A DNA stretch of 64,000 bases from Protoeuglena noctilucae (taxonomy: Eukaryota). Where the stretch lies: positions 434,001-498,000 of the forward strand of contig OY253674.1 of the NCBI GenBank assembly GCA_958009085.1. The letters are read 5' to 3'. Every line of letters begins with the position of its first letter. Position 1 is the first letter of the stretch. The position numbers were made by a program, and so were the translations under genes. Under the pieces are notes generated by a model, which worked only from the letters and a program-made list of their open reading frames with translations, had not been told where the DNA came from and did no database searches. Below, piece by piece: positions 13,107-24,937 of this stretch.

Positions 13107-15048
13107 TTACGCCGTTTCTTGAGCTTCAACATGAATCTGCGCTGCCTTGAATGTCAATATGCTCATCAGCAAAATTGCCTCCTTTAAAATGGGAGCCTGG
13201 GCACTTGGGCCGGCGAATACTGCCGGGTTCGAATGCCCTGCGTGCGGTGCGGTTCGAGACACTTGCATCTTGCCTTCGCTCAACACGCTGCTGCTCGCAT
13301 GCAACCACGCTGCCGCCTGCGCGCAAGAGCTGCCGCTTGCATGCGAGGGCTGCAGCTCACCACGCGTCTGCGGAAGTCGGCGCAGTGCCCTTCGGCGAAG
13401 TACCGCTCCACCTCTGGGACGTGCTGCTGGCACGCCGCCACGCGCTCCTTGCTGAGCGGGTGCGTGCGCAGCAGCGCCGGCACGCGCTGCCCCGTCTTGC
13501 GCGCCATCTCCTCCTCCGCCCTGCGCACAGAGAGAGCGCCTGTTGTAAGTCTCAGATACAGAGAGCTATCCGTGACCCTGTGGCAGGGTCACGTGCCTTG
13601 GCATGGTCGATACATCACATCACGATGAGTGACTCTACCATAGAGTTAAATGGACGATGTTTCAAGAAACAATGCCATTTGGTTGCTCAACGAGCAACCA
13701 CTCACCTCCCCAGGCGCTCGAAGACGTGTGCCATGGCTTCTGGGTTGAAGCAGGCCCGCGACATGAGCTCCAGGCCGATGCGGTCCGCCTCGTGCTCGTT
13801 GTGCCGCGAGTTGGGCAGCGTGAACATCAGTTGGAAGAGGTTCGTCACGTCCACCCCGAAGGTCACTGCGCCCGTGGTGAAAAGGATAGGAAGCTCAAGC
13901 TGTGATGGGGTTACTTGACAGAGAGCGTCACGGGCACATGAGGATTCCAGGCGATGCTAAGACTGTCTTGGCTGACGAGCAGCACACGCGAGCACTCACG
14001 CATGGCGGCCAGCCCGACCAGCTGCAGTAACTGCGACCGAGTGAGGCTCTCCGCCACGTGGCGTGCGACGGCATGTCCAATCTGTGAACGCGGGCGGTGA
14101 GTGCAAAGTGGCGGGTGCATTTGTATCCGGGGGTCGATGGGCAGGCTGACTCGTGCCATGGCTGCACGAGCGACCAGGCGAGCGACAAGCACAGCACGCT
14201 CGCCTCGTGAGACAAAACCCCCGCGATGCCATCCACGTCCCTCACGAAGTCAATCAGACCGCTAAACACGACGACCTTGCCGCCGGGAAGCACGAAGGCG
14301 TTGACTGCGTATTAGAAAGAGTGCAGGGGCACCCATCACGCATCGTAAACGTGCTGAGGACTGCATCGAACACACGATATCAGAGAACATCTGGCATCTG
14401 TCGATGTCGTCGACACACACCTTGGTCCGACTTGACGACGTGGAACTCCCACTCCATGCCCTTGAGGTGCCCCTGGTCCCCACCGCCGTAGCCCTTGCCG
14501 GCCGCGATCGCGATGCGCGTCCCGACCTGGCGGACCAGCTTCGTGTACTCGTGGTTGCTGGGGAGGACCAGGCCTTTCGAAGCAAACTGGTCGAGCAGCT
14601 GGCGATACATGTAGGCCCCCAGCTGACGCTCCCAGCTCACGGGAAGCAGCACCATGTGCTTCCTGCGTCGCAAATACAATCGAGCAGCGTGAGCCGATGG
14701 CGCGATACGCCCTGCGAGTCGGTATTCGAGGCTTCCGGAGCGAAGAATCGCGACTCGCCTTGCCGTGAAGGGCACCGTCTCGCGATTGTTCCACCAGACG
14801 ACCCCGAAGCCGAGCCCCCCCACGGCTACCCCCCGCAGCCACGCATTCACTCGCTCCGCCGTCCAGTACGGACCACGCCCATCGAAGTGCGTGTATCCGT
14901 CCGCAGTGGTCCACATCGCCCGTCGCAGAACGACCGGGGACGGCACAAACGAAAGGGCATGCAGTCCCGGGCCGCTTAGGGGGCCTGGGGACCCCCTAAG
15001 TCCGGCATAGATCCGCCAAGCCCCTGCGAGAGCCCGTCTGGCGCTCAT
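13107..15048 (-). CDS. OMA1: Mitochondrial metalloendopeptidase, peptidase M48 (OMA1-like)
   Basis: Motifs: ETVPFTARKH, WEFHVV, NAFVLPGGKVVVFSGLI, spliced HE|IGH zinc motif, LPNSRHNEHEADRIG and LLRTHP. Confidence 0.88.
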
Positions 15049-15587
15049 GCCATCGGCACGTGCGCCGCAGACGATCTACGAGGTGTCGTGTCGGGGGCAA
15101 CGCTAATTTCCCCACTTCAGCGTGCGCTCAGCACAATTGTTTGGAATTCCGGTGCCAGCGGGGGAATATGTCTTACGAGTAAGCGTCGTTAGCAGACTAC
15201 GGCGGACGGAGCGGTGTCGGAGACGAAGAATGGGTTTTCTCGCGCCGCATCGCCAGACCCCATCGCGACGTGCCAAAGCATATCTTTCCACAACCTCACG
15301 TCCACAAACACAGTCGATCGCGATGAAGCCGTGCAGGCAATCGCGCAAACAATCTGTGAAGCCTTATTGTGGTTTTCGCCTTTCCCTGTTCCGCGACGCC
15401 CTAGCACAGCCCTAGCATGCACAGTCTCGATGCATTCAGCGTTCCCGCGGCACGTGAGAAAGGCCTCCATGCTCGCGTCTCGCGAGAGGGCCTTCCCGCC
15501 CTCTCGCCGCGACGCACATCGCCCGCATCACCTGCGACCGTACGCGATGCGGCCCCTCCCCATCGCTGGCAAGACGGCCGCACCTCG

Positions 15588-18500
15588 ATGGCTCCGACCT
15601 CCCGAACCTCCGTTGCTACATGCGCCCTGCGCGAGGACGACACCGACATCGCGGCTCCCACCGACTGGGGCGACCTTGCGACCTTGGTCCGGCGCATGGT
15701 GTGTTGCCGCTCCGCGCCCTGTTCTCGTTTTCGTCCCTCCCCTTGCTAACACGCGCGTGTAATGAATCATCGCCGCGCCGCTCCCCGCCCGCAGCCGTCC
15801 CACGAGTTCTCAAGTCTGCTGGTGGACGTCGTCCCTGTCCTTCACGGAAAGAAGGCGCCGTTCTTGACGCCTCCCGCCGCCAAAAGCTCGCAAGACACTG
15901 CTTCTGCCGTGACCTGGTGCACTCAGCTGAGCTTGGACCGCTGGCACTGCCTTGTGCGTCTCTCGCAAGCGTGGCCCGGGCCCATCTCGGCGGCCGTGCA
16001 CGTGCCCTGGCCTCTGGGCACCGCGGCAGCGGCCGAGGTGGAGTGTCAGCTGGCCTCCGCCGTCCAATCCCTCGGCCCCGACCACAGGTGAGTGCTGCAA
16101 CTGGCGGTGTGCCATGCCACGTCCCCATGCATCCATCGGTGCGTGCATGGTCGTGGGTTAGACAAGCGTGCTCCCGTCGCCGTCCCCAGTGTCACGGTGT
16201 CCACCCTCTACGCGCCTGCGTGCAAGGCAGGGCGCCCCGCGGCCCCCATCCTCGGCGTTGCCGCCCGCACGGCCGAGGACTCCGACAGCGAAACGCCAGA
16301 GGTGCTGATGCGGCTGGCGGGCGCGGAGAGGCAGGGCGAGGAAGGGCCGCCGGACGAGTCCACGTACGCGGCGTTCTACCCCATCAACGCCCTGCGCAAC
16401 GTGGCCATCGCCCAGGCCAGGACGGCCATGGTGGCGGTGGCCGACGCCGACATGGTGCCCAGTGAGGGCCTGCAGGAGGCCATCGTGGCGGCACTGGAGG
16501 CATGGGACGCTGGAGAGGGTCGGTCAGGGGCTGACGGTGGGTTCCCGGTCGCTGTGGTGCCGACCTTCGAGACGGGTCAGGTCACAGAGCATGAAGACCG
16601 TCGATCGCAACAGGACGCCAGCACCTCTGCCCGTGGCCTGGAGGGCTACCCCCGCACGCGAGAGGAGCTGAGGGCGAGCGGGGCGTGCATGTTCCACTGT
16701 GGGCCATCGGTAGCGGACTCGGGGGCTTTGGACCAAGGCACGTGGTTTAAAGCAAAGGGCGCCATTTTCGAGGTGCCGTACGCCGAAGGCTTTGAGCCAC
16801 TCATGGCGGGTAGGAAGGACGAGATGCCCAGGTGACACCGACGCTGACGGTCTGGGCAGGTGCGTGCTGGGTCTGGTTGTAATCAAATCCGCCACCCGCA
16901 CCTTGCAGATTTGCGGACGACTTTCGTGGCTACGGTTTGAACAAGGTGCAGCAGGCGTGGCACGTGGCCAGCACAGGGGGCCGCTTCCTGGCAGTGACAG
17001 GTGGCTTCGCAGTCACAAGGCCCCATGCAAGGTCGGGTGCCTTCCGGCGTGTCTTTGGGGCGGGGGCGGATCCAAGGAACAAGCTCCGCATCGCTGCGCT
17101 GTACGAGCGGTGGAAGATGGAGACGGCGGCGTTGGGACCGGTAGCAGGTGGGGTGCGATACTCGATGGATGAGGCGACGATGCGGCTGGCTGGGAGCGGG
17201 CGGACAGACGCCCCTGCACTACTGGCCCTTGCACTGTCACCGTTACTCGCACCCGCAGTGGCGCGTCTGAGCCGGATGGACGACAGCACTTCAGCGCAGC
17301 TGCTGTCATCGCTGCCCCAGGCGTCGCTCGACGTCGAGCCGGCGTGCCTCACTCGCGCCGCATGTCCGCCCGTGAGCGCCGACTGGGACGTCCGAGAGGC
17401 CTCGGGCGCAGCGGAGGACGCCACGCGACGAAGCGAGTGAGGGGCCAAGTGATCGTTCTCTGACAGTTAGATGCGACACATGAATGCGTGGGTGCACGGG
17501 GTCTTTCCAGCTCTTGTGTCACAAGAAATGTGCCCAAGCTGCACATCTTTTACCTCAACTACTGTTCCTACCGATTCCGTCCTCAGGTACATACTGTACA
17601 ATTCCGAATGGCGGTCGGCCCTCGACCGGGCCTTCCTGGGGGGCCAAGGCGCGCCGCCTGTCTCGTTCGTGACGCACTGGTGAGTGTTGGCGGCGTGAGA
17701 CATGGGTCTCTGAGCTTGTAGACGCAGCAGACGGAGTGTTCTAGAGATAGGCCAGTCGCCGGGGGAGCTTGATGTGGTGATTCTCTGCTTGCCAATCTGC
17801 CCATGCCACGCCACGGCAGGCCACCCATGCTCTGGACTGTGATGCGCTTGACATGGCCCAAGTGACCGCATCGACAACTGCCTTACCCTTCAGTGAGCCA
17901 TCGACCACTTTGCCCAGCTGCTCGGCCGACCTCAGCATCGACCGCACCGCCCACCCCGCAGCCCGGTGGCGTCCTTCCCTACGGTGGCGGCCCGCCTCGC
18001 TTCCCAATGGGATGGCAGCGCCTCCATCGCCGTCTTCGTCCCGGCTCCCAAGTCCTCCCCCGAGGGAAGGGCCATGGCGCGGTGGCTGAGGGAGCAGTTC
18101 GCGCATCTGCCCGACGACCACCGCATCCGCGCCACGCCCGTGTACGGCGACCGCTTTGCGGAGGTGAGGGTCGCATGCTGTGAAAGCGTGCCGAGTGGTG
18201 CACCCAAGCTTGGCAGAGTGACGAATGATGTGGACTGGACGTCATGGGTATCGATGTCTTGGACCGCTTCCCTCACGCAGGCGGGGATGCGTGCGCTGGC
18301 TGCGATGGGCCTGGACAGCATTTCGTCGCCATCGCGGCAGCACACCTACGCAGACGCCTACCCCGCCGGGGCCCTGCTCAACGCTGCGATCGCCGCGGCG
18401 GAGTCTGACGCTGTGCTGGTGGCGGACGCGTCTCTCCGGCCCTGTGCGGGGCTGGCGGGCACCCTGGCTGCGTCTCTGGGAGCAGCCGCGCAGGCTGGCG

Positions 18501-19420
18501 AGGGGCAGCCTGCGGGGTCCGAGGCGGGCGCTGGGGCGGGACTGGGCGCGTCGCTGGGCGGGGCGGCAGACGTGGAGGACGCCAAGAGTCGTTTGGAGAG
18601 GGCGCTGCGGGGGACGAGCGCCGACGCGTCGCCGTCCACGACGGCGCGGGTGTGCCGGGTGGCGCTGGTCCCGATCATTGCGGTGGAGGGCGGCTGCGAG
18701 CCGACGACCAAGGCGGGAGCGGTGGGGCTCGTGCGCAAGCACATCCAAGCACAGCGGGGCGGGGCGCTCAGGCGAGTGCGGCAGTGTTGCAGTGCAATCC
18801 CTGACTGGCGCTGTATGTCGTCTCCTCTGTGTGTCGTCTCGTCTCGCCTGGTCGGCACGTGAGCGGTGGCCCCCCTGCAGCGCAGCCAATCGCAAGGCCA
18901 TCCCGTGATGCGCAGGTGGCCCTTCCGAGGCGACTCCCTTCTGGCCCGGTGGGCCAATCGGTCTCGATCGGACTTCCCGGCACGCGCCCCGGACCTCTTC
19001 GACGCGGTGGCGATCGCTGGCCCGCGCAGCTGCCTCCCGAGGTTTGACGAGAGGTTCAGGGGCAGTGCCGGCGTCAGCCGGGCGCAGTTCGCGCGGCATG
19101 TGATGGACTCGGGGGTGCCTGTCGACGTGTGCGGCTCTGGATTTCTGACGAGCAGCGCGTGGGACGCGGAGCGGTGAGGCACACATTACTTGCCTCGGGC
19201 AGCGGCGCTGCGGATGATGAATGCAGCACCTGCTTCGCTGCGAGGTGTCTTACCCAATTCAGCGGCTCTCATGCGTTTTCTGGGTGACTCTTGCTCATGC
19301 AGGGATGTATGGGACGAGATCGACCCGTCCGGGACGCGGGACGTGGCATTGGCCGCTCTCTACAGAGACTTCACGACAGCGCTGGCCGTGGCGCGTGCGA
19401 CCTGTCGTGAGCTGTCGTGA
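15588..19420 (+). CDS. Glycosyltransferase family 49 (LARGE/B4GAT1-like) protein with two tandem GT49-like domains
   Basis: Domain 1 has TQLSLDR...WPGPISAAV, FYPINALRNVA...VADAD, FEP and FRGYGLNK. Domain 2 has VTHC...WDGSASIAV, YPAGALLNAA...LVADAS and PRFDERFRG. The exons join in frame; the start codon is approximate. Confidence 0.75.
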
Positions 19421-19544
19421 CGCGCCGGGTGTCTTAGGAGCCTGGCTGCAGGCGTGCTGCGTCACTCGCCAGTGGCACCTTCAACGCAGCACGCGCGCGG
19501 CAATGACAGCACTTTCGCCAACCTGCTCGTCTGGCAGGCGACCC

Positions 19545-20685
19545 TCAGAAGAGGGCGTGCTTGACGGTGTCCACCGCCCATGCGACCCCTCGCACCAGGG
19601 AAGGCAGCCGGTCGAGGCGGGAGGCACCCGGCGGCACCACCAGCACCCGGACGCGCTGCCGGCCCCACTCCAAGGCGTCCCTGTGGCTGCCGTAGTACAG
19701 ATCGACCCTCGTCGGCCTGCGTGAAACGTCAGGGCAGGAACGTCGCACACCACGGCCCGCCCGATGGGCATGAATTGCGTGCCGGGCGCGCAACCAGGCG
19801 TGTCCCGCACCCCTTGATGTCGCCTCCCGTGTCCTCGACGCGGCACCAGCCGTGCCCTTTGACAAACATCTGCGTCCCGAAGGGGTACGTGCCTGGGTCG
19901 GCCGCCACTGTGCCCTGCTGGCCCAGTAACCTCCAAGGCAGCACCGCCCGCCGCAGCAGCCGCCCGGGGTCGGACCACGTGCTCGGGTGCAGGATGCCTC
20001 GACGTGCCTGCCGGGGCACCACCTGCGGCGCAGGGCAGGGACATCCTCACCATCAGTAACTAATGGTATGAGTTCATAATAACTTTGTGAGTAGTCCACG
20101 TGCCGGTGCTCTCCGGTCCCTTCCCCATGAGCTCTGGCCTCATATCGTGTGACCGGGGCGTTCCCCACCTCCGTGGCTGTCAGCCCGAGGTAGGGCTCTC
20201 CCCGCAGCGGCGTGTCTGACCAGAAGCGGTCGAAGATTCGGTACTTGCGGCTAGGGCGGAACCCGGAGGGCTTGGAGCGCTTGAGCTGGACAAAGGGCCA
20301 CTGGGGGCACGAAAGGGCGGCGTGCTGCGGTCGGCCTTGCGTCCCTTTTAGCAGGCGACCAGCACGGTCGCCTCTCGCGTTCGCAAATGCCGCGCTTTCA
20401 ACGGCCGGCCCCTGCAGCGGCCGAGGCGGCGGCCCTACGGTGCCCACGCCCCGCCCGGCGTCAAGGGGGGGTCACCTGGGGAAGCAGCGCTAGGTGGTGC
20501 CCTGGGAGCGACACGCCCCATTCCCAGTTGCAGCAATGCCCGCAGCTGCAGTATGCAGTGCACTCCAGCTCCCGCCGAAACGAGTGCGGCCGGGGAGCCA
20601 TGGTCACGCGAAGATCCGACAATGCGTCCAGCGAGGGCCTGTCTGGGCCGGCAGCGACCTGCGGGGCAGCGCGGATGTTCCGCAT
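19545..20685 (-). CDS. 3D (Asp-Asp-Asp) domain protein, 4 exons
   Basis: Motifs: ECTAYCSCGHCC, GLTAT, GTVAADPGTYPFGTQMFVKGHGWCRVEDTGGDIKG|PTRVDLYYGSHRDALEWGRQ. The start is at 20685 or at the downstream MAPRP ATG. Confidence 0.85.
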
Positions 20686-20832
20686 TAAGCATCATCGCGC
20701 TATCGAGGGCCATCTGGAGCGGGAAGAAGCCCCGATCGCCGGCAAAGGGTGGCATTCCAGCGGCAACCCAGCCTCGTAAACGCCACGCGACGTGCGGGGG
20801 CTCACGGACCTGGACGCGGTGCGGAGCGCGAC

Positions 20833-21426
20833 TTAGTGGTGGCTCGCGTGGCTCCTGTGGACGCCGAGAATGTTGGAGTTCCAGTACTTGGACTTCTCGC
20901 GGAGCCCCACGGTGCCCTGGGTCAGACGCCAGTAGAGGATGCCAATGGTGCCGAACCCTGGGAGAGGGAGCAGTGAGGAGACCGTGAGAAGGCTGGCAGG
21001 GCCCGGCGCCCCGCCATCGCGCCCCGGCTGGCGTGCCCAGGCGCGCGTGACATCGCTGGCTCCCCGAGGCCAGCCAGGCGCTCCTGCACCTCGCGTCGCG
21101 GCCCACCGCACCCTCGTGACATGACGCGCACGGGGAGGGTGCGGACGCGGCGCGCGGGGGACCGGGCGCCCTGCCAGCGGGCGCGAAGTTTCGTCGCGCG
21201 GCTCACCGAGGATGAAGTGGCGCATGCGGAAAGCTTCAGGCAGCCAGAAGTTCAGGCCCCCCTTGGCCCACGGGTGGACGGGCGCCGTGCCCCTCGCGAG
21301 CCCGACGGGCAGGAGGGTCTTGATCTGCACGCGGGGCTTCCCGGACGCGTCCTTCGCAACGGACGTCTCGAACTTGAAGTCCCAGGGCGCCGCCTCGACC
21401 GTCTTCTTCAAGGTCTGGCCGGACAT
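20833..21426 (-). CDS. Small single-TM protein resembling the plant mitochondrial ATP synthase 6 kDa (i/j) subunit
   Basis: Two exons (intron 21206-20958). HPW...FWLPE...HFILGFGTIGILYWRLTQG...KSKY resembles the recalled plant pattern DPW..F.RE...PFL.GFA.TG.LI.KLT.G...NSKF. Confidence 0.5.
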   Translation of the reverse strand: MSGQTLKKTVEAAPWDFKFETSVAKDASGKPRVQIKTLLPVGLARGTAPVHPWAKGGLNFWLPEAFRMRHFILGEPRDETSRPLAGRPVPRAPRPHPPRARHVTRVRWAATRGAGAPGWPRGASDVTRAWARQPGRDGGAPGPASLLTVSSLLPLPGFGTIGILYWRLTQGTVGLREKSKYWNSNILGVHRSHASHH

Positions 21427-21698
21427 GGCTGGCCCGGAGCTTACCCCGCCCCGCCGCTGAAGCGAGTAGCCTTGATGATCGAGCGCGACTGCCGAATGGG
21501 GCGCACGCGGCCTGGTGACGAGAACGCGAGCGACACGGGCTTTCTGATTTCTGCCAGAGACGTGGAGTCCGTGTCGATCCATCCGCCCGTTTGGCGGTGC
21601 GGTCCGCATCCGTGGCTCGAAGCAAGGCCAGGGCACCGGGGCATCGCGTGCCCTGAGCCCGCAGATGCCTTGGCAGGGCCTCGCGTGCACGCGCGAAG

Positions 21699-22888
21699 AT
21701 GGGCAAGAAGAAAGGCGACGCCGACGCGCCTTTGGGCATGACGCCCGAGCAGGCTGCCGAGGCTGCTGATGCGCAGGTGACGCCGCGGTGCATTCACGCT
21801 GTCGTCGCGGGGCTGCGTCGGCAGCCGAGGCTCTTCACAGTTCCTGCCTCGCAGGACCTGCTGAGACACGCGGTCAGGTCCGGCGTGCTGTCGGAGACGC
21901 GTAGGCTCCCTGCGAAGGGGGTGGCTCTCCCGCCCGGCGACCACGTGGTCGCGCAGAGCCACCGGGACATCATGAAGAAGCCCGCCCAACGCAAGCACCG
22001 CTACCTGGTGTTGCTCTGCGCCCAGATAGCGCCCGTCGCAGCCGGCAAGATCGGCTCCCTGGCCAAGCTGGACACGCGCAACCCAGGTGCGGACGCAGGC
22101 CTGTGCATGCGACATGCGATGGGCGTGGGGCCAAACGTGACGTCGCATGGGTCCCTCCCTTTGACCCCTCTCCGCACCTCCAGTCATGTACCTGGACTTC
22201 GAGGCCGGCCGCTTGAAGCTCCTGGGGACGCTCGCCTTCCCCAAAGCGCGGTACCTCGTGCTGAGGCCAGGGCCGAACGAGCACGTGCTGTGTGAAGACG
22301 TGTTTGAGTCAGTCATCGGTGCGTGGCAGTGCAGGAGCAACAGCCCTGGCGTCAGTTTGTGTTGTTAGCTCTGCGGGAGTGCATGTGGTGCAATGTGGCT
22401 TGTGTCTGCAGTCTTCTCGCGTGCCGTTTGGGTCGGGAGCAAGGAGGACAACCCGGACGAAGACCCGCTCGACATGCCGGCGACCTTCGGGGACATCGCG
22501 CACACGGGCGCGGACTTTGGTGGCGGCGCGGGGAAAGGCCCGACGGTGATGACGGCGGAGGGCGGGGACGACACGGGGATGTCGGATGGGCAAGGGTAAG
22601 TGCATGTAACGTGGAATGGTGACTGGCGTGTCTCTCTGAAAAACGCACCGTAGATGGCGACCATTACAAAGGACTCGACGCTGTGATTGCAGGGACGGCG
22701 ACAGCGGCAGCGACGGGGAGGGGGACGGGGGCGGCGGTGAGGCCGTCGCGCAGTGGGGGGGCCGTCGGTCCAGGCGGCCCAAGGTGTCCTACGCGGACGA
22801 GGAGGAGTCGGAGGAGGAAGCGAGCGATGCTGGCGAGGACGACGCCGGGTCGGAGAGCGAATGGGAGCAGACGTCGGGGGAGGAATAA
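21699..22888 (+). CDS. RHL1: DNA-binding protein RHL1 (topoisomerase VI accessory subunit)
   Basis: DIMKKPAQRKHRYL...GKIGSLAKLDTRNP|VMYLDFEAGRLKLLGT...LCEDVFE...VFSRAVWVGSKEDNP, followed by an acidic tail. Confidence 0.88.
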
Positions 22889-23050
22889 GTTTAAGTAACT
22901 GCGGGGAGGGTTTAGGGGTTTCAATGAAACCCAACATGAAACGGTCTTCCAGGGACGTCCGTCAGAAAAATGCATGCGCGCGGATTGCGGGTGGCCGGGT
23001 TCGGTCCCGGATTCGTTGCGCATCCCCCTGCGCGGGGGCTGGCTCGTCTG

Positions 23051-24564
23051 ATGGCTGCCCGACGCTCTGCCGCCGCCATGTCGAAAGCATCTGTCAAAGC
23101 GGCGGCTCAAGCAGATGCTGGACAGTCCTCTCCACTACTGAGACTCAACTTACAAGCCATCCAGGCGCGGACGCGACGCGGAGGGGCGCATGACCTGAAG
23201 GAGGGCCACAATCGCGCATGGGGATTTTCATAGGCTATCCAATGCGCCATCGCATGCAGGATGCGATGGAGCACTTGAAGCGGGTCGACGAGCGCCTGGT
23301 GCCCGTCATCGACCACTTCGGGGCCACGAGCGCAGCTGAGAAGGTGAGCGGACCAACTGCAAGGCGTGTGCGCTCCGTGCGCTTCCATCAGCGCTGAGAT
23401 GGTAGCTAGGACATAACGATACGCCTCTCTCCGGCGCCCCAGCTCATCCCCACTGCGCCCACGGAGGGCACCAGTGTCCCACGGTCGTTTGTGTCGCTGG
23501 CCAGGTCCATCTGCGCGCAGCAGCTCAGCATGAAGGCCGCGACGACAATCTTCCTGCGCGTCTGCGACGCATGCGCCCCCGAGCTGACCCCGAACACCGT
23601 CCTGCGGCTGCCTGACGACACCTTGAGGGCTTGCGGCCTCTCGGCTCGCAAGCTGTCGTACCTGCGCGACCTCGCCAGCCGTTACGAGTCGGGCGGGCTG
23701 TCGGACGCCGCCATATGGGGGTGAGTCCGCGGTGGTGCGAATGGCATGGCCAGGCGAGGTCGCTTGCCCTGCTCACCTTGCCTCCCACCTCACACACCGC
23801 ACGTGTGAGGGCTGCCTCACCTGGGCCCGTCCCTCGCAGCATGTCCGACGAGGAGCTGGTCGAGGCCCTTTTGAAGGTCAAGGGTATCGGTGTCTGGACC
23901 TGCCACATGCACCAGATCTTCGCTTTGGGCCGGCCAGACGTCCTCCCCGTCGGCGATCTGGGCGTCAGGCGAGTACGCATGCTGAGAGCTTGGAGGTGCT
24001 GCGTTGATAGCGCAGACCATGTCTCACTGCATGCCTGATAGCGCACACCAGAGCTGACTGCACTGCCTGGCAGCTTACACCAGGGCTGACTGCATGATGA
24101 CATGGCTACTACCCATTCCTATTGGCAGGAAGGGCATCATGCAACTCTACGGCCTCAAGGCCTTGCCCAGCCCCGGGGAGATGGAGCGGATCACGGCGCC
24201 GTGGAGGCCCTACCGATCTGTGGGTTCCTATCTGATGTGGCAAATCAACTCGGACAAGTGGGCCGAGGTCATGGGGTTTTTGAACGCGAGTGTGAAAGCG
24301 GGTGTAGGGGCGAAGAAGAAGGGGAGGAAGGCGGCCGCGGGAGGAGACCAGGCGGTCGGGGTGGCCACGGCGACTGTGGCGACGGTGGCTGAGGGTGCCG
24401 ACGGGGCTGTGGTGGTCGAGGAGGCTGCGGCAGTGGCGGTGAAGAGCCGGGGGAAGCGCGGGGCGACTACAGTCACGGCAGTGGCAGTCGCGGAGTCGGA
24501 GGCGCCCGTAGTGAGGAGGCGGCGGGCGGCGCGGGGTGCGAGCGGAGGAGGCGCGGACGAGTGA
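23051..24564 (+). CDS. DNA-3-methyladenine glycosylase (AlkA/Mag1, HhH-GPD family)
   Basis: Motifs: [22 protein letters not shown], Hh[25 protein letters not shown] and [13 protein letters not shown]. Confidence 0.92.
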
Positions 24565-24937
24565 GCACCGTAGTTGGGCTGAGACAGAGACGGAGTTCTT
24601 AGGCGAGCAGAGACGCCCAGGCAAACATTGCGTTGATTAAAGCGAGGAAGGGCCGCGGGCAACACTGGCTTGGGCACAGTGTAAGCAAGGCAAAGGCCGA
24701 TGCATGCGTAAAGCACTTCGTGCTTGCTCGGGGGTGCAGCCATGCGCAACAGGGCAGGGAGAGGAGGCGCTAAGGCGCTGTGGCGGCAGGCCTGCATGGG
24801 GCTCTGGATTGACCGGTCAGACCAGGAGGCAATGGAAAATCCCTGGTGACCATGGCAAACAGTGGGGGAGACGATGGCGCCAGAAACGGCTTGCTGTCAG
24901 CGTCGGTGCGCGACTGGCCCAGTACACCAACAAGCCG

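Noticed and set aside
24228..24797. 189-aa minus-strand ORF between the glycosylase and STT7
   Set aside because: It is mostly antisense to the glycosylase last exon and has no recognisable motif. It probably reflects overlapping 3' UTR sequence.
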